IMG/VR virus record: IMGVR_UViG_3300024496_000011
Reading direction: 5' to 3' (one strand)
Source of the DNA: a virus
Length of the DNA stretch: 64,000 nucleotides
Shown here: positions 1-9,007 of the stretch, piece by piece
Numbering within the stretch: position 1 is the stretch's first letter
Layout: each line of letters opens with the position of its first letter
The notes under the pieces: model-generated
What the model was told of the DNA's origin: nothing
Seen by the model: only the letters and a program-made list of their open reading frames with translations
Database searches by the model: none
Translations under genes and position numbers: made by a program

Positions 1-3000
1 GTTTCACTACTTTCTCCAGGAGGAACTGCACCAGTTCCTGGAAATTCTGGTCCTAGAATTTTTTCAAGATATTCATCAGAAGCTTCAAGCATTTCTTTAA
101 GTTTTTGTTGTTTTTCTTGCGGTGAAAGATTTGACAGGTTTGGTTCAGTGCGAATAAATACAGTTGCTTCTGGACTATCAAGAGAAACAAAAACATTCAT
201 AGGTGCTCTTCTTTGAAAACTTATATTTGAGATTCCATAAGTAGCAGCACCACTAAACTGGAGATAAATTTGTTTTCCAATATAAATGTAATCTGCTGCA
301 GTCATGTACCCTAAACCAGCAGGAGGTTCAGTAGATAAACTCCAATACTTAGTTCCGCCAGAAATAGGTCCAGGAGGTCCTTGAATGTTAGCATTAGGAC
401 CCCACCCAATAGTGCTTCTTAAAATATTATCCCAAAAGAATCTACCCATACTATACCAAGATGGTTGAATAGATTGAGGATCTCTATTAATTATTTGATT
501 ATATGGAACATTAATATAAAAATCAAGTATATTTGAATATGAAGACGTCAGAGGATAATTACTTATTCCAGAAACTGATAAAGTTTTTCCGATAAATTGC
601 TTTCCATCATACCCATGACCATCACTCGTAATATCATAAAAATAAAACTGAACATTTTTTCCTTGTGCTTCTTTTGGCAAACTAAAAGATTGTTTAGTTA
701 ATGAAGTTGGTCCAGAAGAACTCATTACTGTTATTTCACCAAATTCTTCAGTATCAATATTATAGTAAATTAAAACTAAATCTGATGCTGGTGTTACTCC
801 ACCATTTGAATTATTTCCTCTCAAACCAGTTATTGAAATACTATCAACAGTGGAAGTATCTACTGGATTTAAAGTTGCAACTCGAACAGTATTTGAATCT
901 TTTCCATTAAATGCAAGATAATTACTGCCAACATTAAACCCACCATTAATACCACTTCCAGTTCCACTATTAGAAATACGAGTGCTTGGGAGTTGACCAT
1001 AACTACCATAAGAATCACCCTGACCCAAGCTATAATAGATACTAGAATCGCCACCAGATAATGAAGTCAAGTCAGTGTCACCGGTAGCAGGAAGTGTTGT
1101 AGAAAAAACTCCCGAAGATGTCATTCCTTCTTGAACAACTTTACCTTCCATGTAATGTTTTTTATGTTTAGAAATATCTTTTTTCCAATTAATTTTTGAC
1201 TCCTCTTTTACTTTAAATTTCTTGGTCTTAGACTTTTCTACTTTTGCATCAATCTCTGGATTTTCTGTGGAGGGCATAAAATCAGCACTTTGAGGATCCA
1301 ACTTATTATAGTAATCAGCACGATCTCCAAATTTAGGATGCCATCCATTAATCATCTCAGGTGGTGGATCATTTGGATATCCTTTCTTTGCTGGTTTGTC
1401 TGGATAATCAATTTCTTTTTTCAATCTTTTTGATACCTTTTTAAATAGAGGATCTTTATCTACTTGAGCAGTTTCTTGTTCACCGATATATTGGGAAAAA
1501 AGTTTCTTATCATATTCATCAGCAATTTTACAACTTAAATCGGATTGCAAGATACTTTCTTTTTTTCCATTTTCATCGACAAGAAATAGTAGAGTATCTC
1601 CCTTCAATTCTTCTTTACGAATAACTTTATATTCTTTTTTATTTTTACCATCAAAATTTCCATACATGATTGTATTATTTTTATCACGACTAGTTTCAGT
1701 CATCCACTCCCAAGCATGATCAGCAGCACCAAGATGATCTAATATTTCATTTTTCTTTTCTTGAGACGATCTTTCATTTTTAGCATAATCATACTTCCTC
1801 CAGATATTTGGTTCTGGTTTGAACTCTTTTGGAATATCAGGAGTCTTCATTAGATTTTCGCCAATAGATCTAGTTCTTGGTTTATGCTTAAACTTTATCT
1901 TTGGTTCTTCTGGAAGAACATAAGGTTTTTTAATGTTCTTGAGGATTGATCTTGTTGATTCCGAAATAAATTTTCCTTCAGGATCATATGAATTTGCTAG
2001 ACCATATGTTTTAGTCTTAGGGTTCCACTTTGCTCCAGTAACTGGATTTTTATTAGGTGTCCAAGGTTCTATTGGTTGAACCCCACCACCACTACCACCA
2101 CCACTAGGAAGTCCGGGAGTTCTTACCACAGTTCCTGGATTTGGTCTACGACCTCCTCTCGGTTGAACATTTCCAGTTCTTGCGCCTCTATCAGCAACAT
2201 CCTTTGGGAGGGCAGTTTGAGTACCTCCCCAATCAGGAAAAGTTATTCCAGAACCTCTAGGAATTCTAACTGGTATAAGTGTTCTATTATCTGGAGCGTT
2301 TTTGCCCATACTACCAGAAGATCTTCCACCTTTTGAATAATCTCCAGCAACATTTTTATCACCAACCCAAACCCTATCTGGAACTAATCCAGTCTTTGTT
2401 GTTTTAAATCCATCATTTTTAATCTTGCCAGCAGCATCTTTACTTGTACCATGCCACTTTGTATCTATTCGAATACCTTTATTGGTTTTTGGTTTTGTTG
2501 AATCTTTTTTTGGAGGTTCTTTATCTGGATAGGGTCCATAAAGTTCATCTTCTTTTTTCTTTTTCTTTTTATCTTTATCCTTAGCAGATCCAGGAACAAG
2601 ATTAGGATCAAAACCACCCAGTCCAGGAGGAATTCTGTTTAGAATTTCTCTCGCCAATTCTTTAGCTGCATCTATCATGTCTCCAAGATACCTTCCCCAT
2701 TGATCTGCAGGATTTGAAGGTGGTCCAGGATAAAAAGCTCTGTATTGTTGCGTATTTCCATTTAAATATTGATCTCTATACCACTGTGCCTGAGCAAGTG
2801 TTAATTGACCATAACTATTAAGACTAGACCCATTCCAATTACCTATTCTACCGGTAATGGATCCAAGATTAACCATTCGCCTATCAGACTGTCTTACATA
2901 TCCAATAGTCGTAAAATTTCCCCACGCATACCACATACTCATCATTGGACCTAAGATATAGGAAGTATCGCCTGGAGGTTCAATAGTTAAGATACTTCCA

Positions 3001-3236
3001 TCCTCAGCAAACAACCCAGAAGTGTCTCTACCATTTTTAGTTGGATCGTCTTGAGTTAAATCTAAGGGAGCATTGATATTTTGCCCTACTATCTCATTTC
3101 TTTCAGGCTCTACAACATATATCCCTGCAGTATTATTCGTAGGAATTTCACTAAGCAACTGAAGTTTTTCATCAATCTGAGTTGATTTCAGATGACGAAT
3201 TGCTTTCTTAAAAGTATTTTTGCTCCTCTTACTCAT
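1..3236 (-). CDS. Large (>1078 aa) multidomain late protein, probably virion-associated; 3'-truncated by the window edge; carries an internal ADP-ribosyltransferase-like domain
   Basis: Hand translation from ATG at 3236 (MSKRSKNTFKKAIRHLKSTQIDEKLQLLSEIPTNNTAG...) stays open to base 1 (...GAVPPGESSE). Absent from the ORF track because there is no stop codon in the window. Confidence 0.85.
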   Translation of the reverse strand, partial: MSKRSKNTFKKAIRHLKSTQIDEKLQLLSEIPTNNTAGIYVVEPERNEIVGQNINAPLDLTQDDPTKNGRDTSGLFAEDGSILTIEPPGDTSYILGPMMSMWYAWGNFTTIGYVRQSDRRMVNLGSITGRIGNWNGSSLNSYGQLTLAQAQWYRDQYLNGNTQQYRAFYPGPPSNPADQWGRYLGDMIDAAKELAREILNRIPPGLGGFDPNLVPGSAKDKDKKKKKKEDELYGPYPDKEPPKKDSTKPKTNKGIRIDTKWHGTSKDAAGKIKNDGFKTTKTGLVPDRVWVGDKNVAGDYSKGGRSSGSMGKNAPDNRTLIPVRIPRGSGITFPDWGGTQTALPKDVADRGARTGNVQPRGGRRPNPGTVVRTPGLPSGGGSGGGVQPIEPWTPNKNPVTGAKWNPKTKTYGLANSYDPEGKFISESTRSILKNIKKPYVLPEEPKIKFKHKPRTRSIGENLMKTPDIPKEFKPEPNIWRKYDYAKNERSSQEKKNEILDHLGAADHAWEWMTETSRDKNNTIMYGNFDGKNKKEYKVIRKEELKGDTLLFLVDENGKKESILQSDLSCKIADEYDKKLFSQYIGEQETAQVDKDPLFKKVSKRLKKEIDYPDKPAKKGYPNDPPPEMINGWHPKFGDRADYYNKLDPQSADFMPSTENPEIDAKVEKSKTKKFKVKEESKINWKKDISKHKKHYMEGKVVQEGMTSSGVFSTTLPATGDTDLTSLSGGDSSIYYSLGQGDSYGSYGQLPSTRISNSGTGSGINGGFNVGSNYLAFNGKDSNTVRVATLNPVDTSTVDSISITGLRGNNSNGGVTPASDLVLIYYNIDTEEFGEITVMSSSGPTSLTKQSFSLPKEAQGKNVQFYFYDITSDGHGYDGKQFIGKTLSVSGISNYPLTSSYSNILDFYINVPYNQIINRDPQSIQPSWYSMGRFFWDNILRSTIGWGPNANIQGPPGPISGGTKYWSLSTEPPAGLGYMTAADYIYIGKQIYLQFSGAATYGISNISFQRRAPMNVFVSLDSPEATVFIRTEPNLSNLSPQEKQQKLKEMLEASDEYLEKILGPEFPGTGAVPPGESSE

Positions 3237-3242
3237 TAACTA

Positions 3243-3785
3243 TTATTCCTCTATTGGAGTATTTATTATTATACTTGCATCAGAATATTCTACACAACCC
3301 TCTGGCCATCCAACAACAGTTATTCTATTATGAGTTGCATTTGAGTTTACAACTTCTATACCGTGCCAAACTGCAGGATTAATCCAAACAAATCTATTTG
3401 GTTTTGGTTCTATTTTTTCTACACTACAATTTTTAAATTTCAAGTACCCATCCCAAGAAGAGTTCCAAGATGGATGTAAGTAATAAACAAATCCACCAAA
3501 CTCACTATGATAACCACCATTATCAGAGGAAGATTCTCTATCAATTCCAGAAGGAAGAGAATTTATATAAGACCACATATCAATAGTATGTTCCCAATGA
3601 TCCTGCCAAATATTAATGGATTTCAATTTTTCCTTTATCCAGGAAATTGTTTGAAAATATATTTCACTTCTACCCTCAACAAACTCCCCAGTGTGAAGAT
3701 AGTCATTGATATTATTTTGAATGATGTTCCATTTTTGATTATCTAAAAAATTATCAATAACTACTACGGCAGTTCTTGTTTTCAT
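3243..3785 (-). CDS. 2OG-Fe(II) oxygenase (prolyl-hydroxylase-like)
   Basis: YHSE...FVYYLHPSWNSSWDGYLKF...EPKPNRFVW...WHGIEVV...RITVVGW matches the double-stranded beta-helix HxD/E...H...R pattern. Confidence 0.8.
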   Translation of the reverse strand: MKTRTAVVVIDNFLDNQKWNIIQNNINDYLHTGEFVEGRSEIYFQTISWIKEKLKSINIWQDHWEHTIDMWSYINSLPSGIDRESSSDNGGYHSEFGGFVYYLHPSWNSSWDGYLKFKNCSVEKIEPKPNRFVWINPAVWHGIEVVNSNATHNRITVVGWPEGCVEYSDASIIINTPIEE

Positions 3786-3803
3786 ATATTATTACTTTTT
3801 AGA

Positions 3804-3831
3804 TATTTATTTTACATCATCTTCCTAAATA
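3804..3831. promoter_or_regulatory. Divergent T4-type late promoters (ATAAATA on minus at 3804-3810; CTAAATA on plus at 3825-3831)
   Basis: Motifs sit in the short intergenic gap between divergently oriented genes. Confidence 0.6.
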
Positions 3832-3861
3832 CTTCCAGTGTTTATCTACAATAATAAGAAA

Positions 3862-4326
3862 ATGAAAAGACTTCTATTAGCCTTTTCGTTATTCTTCGCA
3901 ATCCCAGTTAATGCTGCTGAAATTACATCTAAAATCACTGATTCCGTTCAATTGAAAGTTGATGGTGCTGCTGTTCAATCAACCCGAATTGGTGCTTCCT
4001 ATTCAGCGTCAGGAACCAATATCCAAGCAACATCCTTTGGGGGTGTTGGTGGTGCTGGAACCTACGACATTAATACTCCAGGTCAAGCATTTAGTTTTTC
4101 AGAAAGTATCATTGATGCAGATACTCCCGTTCTTAACCAAACGGTTACTAACCAAGGAACAATTACATCACCAAATCTTTATGGAGATAGTGTAACTCAA
4201 GTTGGTGGTGAGAAAGGAACTCTTGCAGGTACTCTTTCCCCAACTGGTGTTCCTACTGTTACTGCTGGTGGTGCTGGTACAAGTGCTACTGCTCAAAGAT
4301 CCATCGAATTAAGCGTATTCAAATGA
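3862..4326 (+). CDS. Hypothetical exported protein (signal peptide; Gly/Thr/Ser-rich)
   Basis: MKRLLLAFSLFFAIPVNA-AE signal-peptide pattern; ORF track start 3838, likely start 3862. Confidence 0.75.
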   Translation: MKRLLLAFSLFFAIPVNAAEITSKITDSVQLKVDGAAVQSTRIGASYSASGTNIQATSFGGVGGAGTYDINTPGQAFSFSESIIDADTPVLNQTVTNQGTITSPNLYGDSVTQVGGEKGTLAGTLSPTGVPTVTAGGAGTSATAQRSIELSVFK

Positions 4327-4688
4327 GACATTTAACTCCCGCTTTGCTTTTAGCAACGGGAGTCATTTGTACTCCCGTTTATGCTGAGAGTGTTGTACCC
4401 AATTTTACTAGAGGTACAATTAATGCAACAACAGAATCTACAACAAAAATTGTAGAAGCAATCCGCCAAGTTGAATATACTACTGGCGAATCATATACTG
4501 TAACTGGAACTAATATTAACATTCCTGGCGTTCCTCAAAGGGGTGCTGGTTATTCTGTGATGACTCAAGGTGCTCCATTCCAGTTCAGTGAAACCTATCT
4601 CGGTCCTGGAGTGGCAAAAGAAACATGGATAGATCGCACCACAGAAACCCAATCAACCACTACATCAATCTCTGTCTTTACACAATAA
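4323..4688 (+). CDS. Hypothetical exported protein
   Basis: MRHLTPALLLATGVICTPVYA-ES signal peptide; ATGA overlap with previous gene. Confidence 0.75.
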   Translation: MRHLTPALLLATGVICTPVYAESVVPNFTRGTINATTESTTKIVEAIRQVEYTTGESYTVTGTNINIPGVPQRGAGYSVMTQGAPFQFSETYLGPGVAKETWIDRTTETQSTTTSISVFTQ

Positions 4689-5209
4689 TATCAACAGGGA
4701 CTGCATTTGCTCAAAGTACTCCTGCACCTAGTAATACAAACATTGCTGGACCAAGTGCAAGTGCTACAGGGAATGTAACTAACCAAGCGGTTCAAGTTCT
4801 TCAAGGACCTTATGCACTCAATACTTATGGTGGTGGAGTAAGTTGTCAGGGGGCAACTTTTTCAGTATCTCCATTTGCCATGAGTAGTAACAACAATAGC
4901 GATGACCCAGAATCCTTTGCATCACGCAATGGAAACTGGGGTATTTCTGCCGGTCTCAATATTCCATTAGATAATAATTTAATGAACTTGTGTAAGAAAA
5001 GAGCAGAAACTGAAATTGCTAGACAACAAGCAGAAACCGACAAAGCAAGATTAGATTTTGAACTTGTAAGATTATTGAAATGTGGTGAAGCATATAAGAA
5101 TGGAGTGATGTTCCATCCAGATAGTCCTTACTTCAAAGTTTGTGCAGATGTTGTTGTGAAGTACCCAAAAGTTGAGGATGTAGTCAATGGAACCAATACA
5201 ACTAATTGA
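4625..5209 (+). CDS. Hypothetical exported protein with Cys residues and a coiled coil
   Basis: 194-aa ORF; hydrophobic N-terminus ending TAFA-QS. Confidence 0.7.
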   Translation: MDRSHHRNPINHYINLCLYTIISTGTAFAQSTPAPSNTNIAGPSASATGNVTNQAVQVLQGPYALNTYGGGVSCQGATFSVSPFAMSSNNNSDDPESFASRNGNWGISAGLNIPLDNNLMNLCKKRAETEIARQQAETDKARLDFELVRLLKCGEAYKNGVMFHPDSPYFKVCADVVVKYPKVEDVVNGTNTTN

Positions 5210-6071
5210 TAATCCAAATCTAAGACCAATAATCGGAAATAATCCGATTAACATACCAAATGCAAACATCAATAGAATATCTGGTCCGTCTGTAATTTCA
5301 ACTATAGAGAGACCCAATGTTCGTGCTGTAGAACAACCTGTAGTGCGTGGTCTTGAAGTTCCTGTAATTGATGTTCCAAATACTGCGATTAAATATCCAG
5401 TTATTAATGTTCCAACTCAAGCAGAGTTTGATGCTGCTGTAAAAGCAGAGAGAGAAAAACAAGCAGCAGAAGAGCAACAAAAAACAAGGGGACTACCTGA
5501 CACTACCCCCCCTCCTCAACTGCCTCAGGTTACTCAAACCCCCCTCACTCAAACTCCTGTACCTACTCCAGTTGCAGAAGTTCCAGCAGATAAACCTCAA
5601 CCAACCTTTACTGTCGGTGGAATCGATATTAATTTACCTGACCCTTCTCTTGTTGCTACGGCTGGTGCTGTCGCAGTAGTCACAACTGCTGCTACAATGG
5701 CATCCACAGCAGTTTTAAATGTATTGAAGAATGCTGCTGAACCATTTATCAAAGAAGCAACAAAGAATAAGTTTAAAATTAAAATCAAACAAGTTAAACC
5801 TGTTCTCCATTATGTGATGGCAGAAGCAGGTCATATTGATATTTTTGAATACTCAGCAGAAGGAACAAGATTAGTTGCTCAAGTTGATAATGTTGAACAG
5901 TACATTAGAGACCAAATAGAGCAAAACACACTTTACGAAATTGAAAATAAAGTAATCATTGATGAACCAATAAAAGATAAGTTCACAAAAGAAGGACAAG
6001 AAAGATTCAAACCTCTCTATGCCCCTCCTAAAAAGATTGCTAAAAAATTATCTGCTCGCTTGTCTTTTTGA
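5187..6071 (+). CDS. Hypothetical Pro-rich membrane protein
   Basis: 294 aa; Pro/Thr linker, hydrophobic LVATAGAVAVVTTAATMASTAVL segment. Confidence 0.75.
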   Translation: MEPIQLIDNPNLRPIIGNNPINIPNANINRISGPSVISTIERPNVRAVEQPVVRGLEVPVIDVPNTAIKYPVINVPTQAEFDAAVKAEREKQAAEEQQKTRGLPDTTPPPQLPQVTQTPLTQTPVPTPVAEVPADKPQPTFTVGGIDINLPDPSLVATAGAVAVVTTAATMASTAVLNVLKNAAEPFIKEATKNKFKIKIKQVKPVLHYVMAEAGHIDIFEYSAEGTRLVAQVDNVEQYIRDQIEQNTLYEIENKVIIDEPIKDKFTKEGQERFKPLYAPPKKIAKKLSARLSF

Positions 6072-6488
6072 TTCCAATAGAGAAAAATCTTTCTTTTTAG
6101 TTCCACCATCATATTCCCAAGCATATCCTTCATCAATCATCATTTGATTAACTGATTTCTTTTTATTGACTGCGGATACTTCAGCATCTCCAATAAACAA
6201 ATGTCCCAGAATTCTTCCGTACTTTTCGGTAGAATCTGGGAGTTCTGTTTTAACAATAATATCAGTTTGTCCATCTAACTTTTTCTTGAGCCATTCTTTA
6301 ACTTCAAGACCAAGTGCTTTTTCTTTTGCATCAGTTGTTCTGCTCTCTGGGGTATCGACACCAGCAAGACGAATTCTTTTTTCTAAACTTATATCAAACC
6401 CTAAATCTATTGACGCATCTATTGTATCACCATCTACAACTTTTAAAACTGATTTAATCCTATAAATGTATGGGTCTTTATCTGCCAT
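6048..6488 (-). CDS. Thermonuclease (SNase-like nuclease)
   Basis: KVVDGDTI...RIRLAGVDTPE...KYGRILG...MIDEGYA motifs. Confidence 0.9.
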   Translation of the reverse strand: MADKDPYIYRIKSVLKVVDGDTIDASIDLGFDISLEKRIRLAGVDTPESRTTDAKEKALGLEVKEWLKKKLDGQTDIIVKTELPDSTEKYGRILGHLFIGDAEVSAVNKKKSVNQMMIDEGYAWEYDGGTKKKDFSLLESKRQASR

Positions 6489-6492
6489 TTAT

Positions 6493-7083
6493 TTAATTTG
6501 ATTTACTCTTACTATATATTCTTCCCTGAACCCATCCACATTCAGGAACTTCATTACGACCAAAAAGTCTTTCAACTTCACCATCATTCCACCACTTTCT
6601 CCCAGTCATATAATTTTTTCTTTTGTCCTTGAATTCTTGGGAACGAACTGCTCCTTTCTTATTTTGTGGTAGTTTTTCTATATGTTCCTTTGTTTTTTTC
6701 TTACCAGATAAAGCATTACTTATGTTTTCTCTATGAGATTTTGAAGCAGTCTTACCATAAAAAGGGTGATTTATACCACTCATCCTCAAACTATGAGATT
6801 TCTTTTGTTCTTCACTAATAATCTTACCAGAAGTTCCCTCACCACCATCAGTAAGGTTTCTCAAAATCCCAGTCCCATTATCTTTTCTACCATAAACAGC
6901 AATCATATAAATTTCGTGTTTGATTGCCTCTTGTTCTGTTAGATTTCTTTTTAGATATATTATTCTATCTTTACTTGGTAAAGGTACAATTCTTTTTTTA
7001 ACATACAATCTAAACCCTTTACCTTTACCGATGTAATAAGGTGTTCCGTCTTCCCGCAAGTATGCGTAAGTATAATATTCCAT
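6493..7083 (-). CDS. Free-standing homing endonuclease (GIY-YIG-like N-terminus plus NUMOD3 repeats)
   Basis: YTYAYLREDGTPYYIGKG; HPFYGKTASKSHRENIS and GKKKTKEH NUMOD3-like motifs. Confidence 0.8.
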   Translation of the reverse strand: MEYYTYAYLREDGTPYYIGKGKGFRLYVKKRIVPLPSKDRIIYLKRNLTEQEAIKHEIYMIAVYGRKDNGTGILRNLTDGGEGTSGKIISEEQKKSHSLRMSGINHPFYGKTASKSHRENISNALSGKKKTKEHIEKLPQNKKGAVRSQEFKDKRKNYMTGRKWWNDGEVERLFGRNEVPECGWVQGRIYSKSKSN

Positions 7084-7084
7084 C

Positions 7085-7169
7085 TGCTTTGTTTGTGGTT
7101 ATAGTTATTTATACAAGAAAAGGAGCATTTCTGCTCCCAATCCTTTGCTTGAATAACCACAAACAAGCA
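7085..7169 (-). promoter_or_regulatory. Late promoter TATAAATA (7106-7113) inside a long inverted repeat (7085-7102 / 7153-7169) covering the translation start region of the homing endonuclease
   Basis: tgctttgtttgtggttat vs ataaccacaaacaagca; the 3' arm ends 2 nt before the ATG. Confidence 0.7.
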
Positions 7170-7179
7170 CTAATATTTA

Positions 7180-7722
7180 TCATCCAAGAATAGAATCTCT
7201 CCACTCTTCACTCATATTCACCATAATTGCTTCTGCTGCTTCTGGTGTTTCAGCATATCCTTCATCAAGTAAGTGTGAGAGGATGATGTCGTAGAGGTCA
7301 TATTGGTCAGAAAGTCCCTGCCTCTCAGCAGCATTTGACATTCTTCTTCTCATATCCTCTCTTTTTCTTTTTTTAATTTCTTCTGGACTTATCTTAGATG
7401 CTTTTTTTTCTTGTTGAGATTGATAATATTTCCCGTGAAAACCCGAACCTCCAATACTTCTTGCAGTGGGTTTTCCTTTACCTCTCCTTTGTTTATGTGC
7501 TTGCTGCCTATTTTGATTTACACTCGTATCACCGGATCTAACAATCATATCCAATCGTCTTCTGTTTTTTGGACTTAATCTATCAATATGTCTTTTGTCA
7601 CGAACATTCATTTTCTTCCAATCATCCATAGTATCATCAACTTTTGCTTCATCAAGTTGCTGTTGATTTTCAACAACTTCCATATATGCTTCTTGAAGAC
7701 TACGAAAATCTTGTGCGTCCAT
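7180..7722 (-). CDS. Hypothetical late protein: basic core flanked by acidic terminal modules (probable head-internal protein)
   Basis: MDAQDFRSLQEAY...QLDE-AK; C-terminal LLDEGYAETPEAAEAIMVNMSEEW; ATAAATA at 7743-7749. Confidence 0.7.
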   Translation of the reverse strand: MDAQDFRSLQEAYMEVVENQQQLDEAKVDDTMDDWKKMNVRDKRHIDRLSPKNRRRLDMIVRSGDTSVNQNRQQAHKQRRGKGKPTARSIGGSGFHGKYYQSQQEKKASKISPEEIKKRKREDMRRRMSNAAERQGLSDQYDLYDIILSHLLDEGYAETPEAAEAIMVNMSEEWRDSILG

Positions 7723-7748
7723 TTTTATGAATACTTTTTAGGTATTTA

Positions 7749-7961
7749 TTAGAATGGCAACTTGAACTTCTCAGTATTTAGTTTAGGAATAGGTAGTTTC
7801 TCAAATGCTTTATTAACTTGATTCTCTACGACTTTACCAACAAACTCTTCTGGATTGTTGAGGATTGCTTCCGCTTTCTTATAAGTCACATAAGCACCGT
7901 AACAAAGTGCTCCACTAATTGCCAGACTCGTTGCTGACAGAATGATTGCTAGATTTTTCAT
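7749..7961 (-). CDS. Small membrane-anchored hypothetical protein
   Basis: N-terminal hydrophobic helix, 70 aa. Confidence 0.65.
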   Translation of the reverse strand: MKNLAIILSATSLAISGALCYGAYVTYKKAEAILNNPEEFVGKVVENQVNKAFEKLPIPKLNTEKFKLPF

Positions 7962-8064
7962 CTTTCATTTCCTCGTGTGCTAATCGTAGTATGTAGTAAA
8001 TTACATATGCAGTAAAGATAAGACCGCATCCCAATATTGTAACAACTCCCCACGGAAAATCCAT
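7915..8064 (-). CDS. Small membrane peptide (49 aa, MDFPWGVVTILGCGLIFTAYVIYY...)
   Basis: Hand-translated; ATG overlaps the stop of the upstream ORF. Confidence 0.5.
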   Translation of the reverse strand: MDFPWGVVTILGCGLIFTAYVIYYILRLAHEEMKDEKSSNHSVSNESGN

Positions 8065-8822
8065 CAATACTTACCCTCAGTGCAATACTCAACTTTCTTA
8101 TTTGGATAATAAGGATACTTACCTTCTTGTGGTTTCATCCATCCACATCCAATTAACCAATCCATCGTCATTGGGGTAGGACGAATTTGTTCCCACAGAG
8201 GACCATTCGCACACATTTCTAACTTTTCTGCAGTCTGATTTGATTGCTCTTCTGCCCAGTTAGCATCTGCTTCCCAGGGAACAGCACGACTTTGCATCAT
8301 TGATTCATAAGTTAATCTAGTTTGCTTCATTACCCATGCAGGTATTTCAGAATCCTGATGTACCTGAGCCATAAAAGAAGTTTGTAGTCCACCACCCATA
8401 CAATCTTGTACAGCGTGCCACCCTTCATGTCTCATTGTTCCCAGAAACTCTCTAGGATCTTTGAGAAGTTGTTCATTCACGAAGAAACGATTATAGTTTG
8501 GCTTATATAATCCTACTGTTCTTGGAGTAAAGTATCTTTCCGGTGCAACATAAACAGGAACATTTACACCATCAAGAGCAGTAATAATTCTTTTTAGTTC
8601 TTCTCTGAACGGGTCAAAATCTGGATTCTTTAGTAGTTCAGAATCCACTGTGAGTTTCTCTATACCCTCAGTGCATTCTAGGAGAATCATGCAACCCATT
8701 GCCTCTGCACTATAAGGTCTTACTGTTGGTTGCTTTGGTTCCAGTGATGATGCAATAGCAGGAAATGCTAAGGATAAAACTAAACCAACTGAGGTGAACA
8801 ACTTTTTCATTCGTTCCACCAT
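8064..8822 (-). CDS. Exported zinc-metallopeptidase-like protein
   Basis: Signal peptide and MRHEGWH (HExxH) motif. Confidence 0.65.
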   Translation of the reverse strand: MVERMKKLFTSVGLVLSLAFPAIASSLEPKQPTVRPYSAEAMGCMILLECTEGIEKLTVDSELLKNPDFDPFREELKRIITALDGVNVPVYVAPERYFTPRTVGLYKPNYNRFFVNEQLLKDPREFLGTMRHEGWHAVQDCMGGGLQTSFMAQVHQDSEIPAWVMKQTRLTYESMMQSRAVPWEADANWAEEQSNQTAEKLEMCANGPLWEQIRPTPMTMDWLIGCGWMKPQEGKYPYYPNKKVEYCTEGKY

Positions 8823-9007
8823 CCTTCTTCTTTGTGTATCCAGACTTTCAAATCTTTTACATACTTTCTCAAGATCTGGGCCTGCTCTTCATGCCAAAAA
8901 TCACCCGTCTCCATGTGAAGACGGGTGTGATTATCTATAGCTTTGAGTATTTGGTGGATGGGAGCATTCCAACACTCTCGTTTTGGAGTGTTCCATTCTC
9001 TTGGCAT
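8807..9007 (-). CDS. Hypothetical protein
   Basis: 66-aa ORF tightly packed in the operon. Confidence 0.6.
   Translation of the reverse strand: MPREWNTPKRECWNAPIHQILKAIDNHTRLHMETGDFWHEEQAQILRKYVKDLKVWIHKEEGWWNE

Noticed and set aside
701-2336. Short ORFs listed in the track (701-910, 869-1054, 2076-2336)
   Set aside because: All lie within the large minus-strand ORF 1-3236 in other frames or on the other strand
5505-5550. Poly-C runs as possible slippage or phase-variation sites
   Set aside because: They encode a Pro/Thr linker in frame; no alternative-frame product is evident
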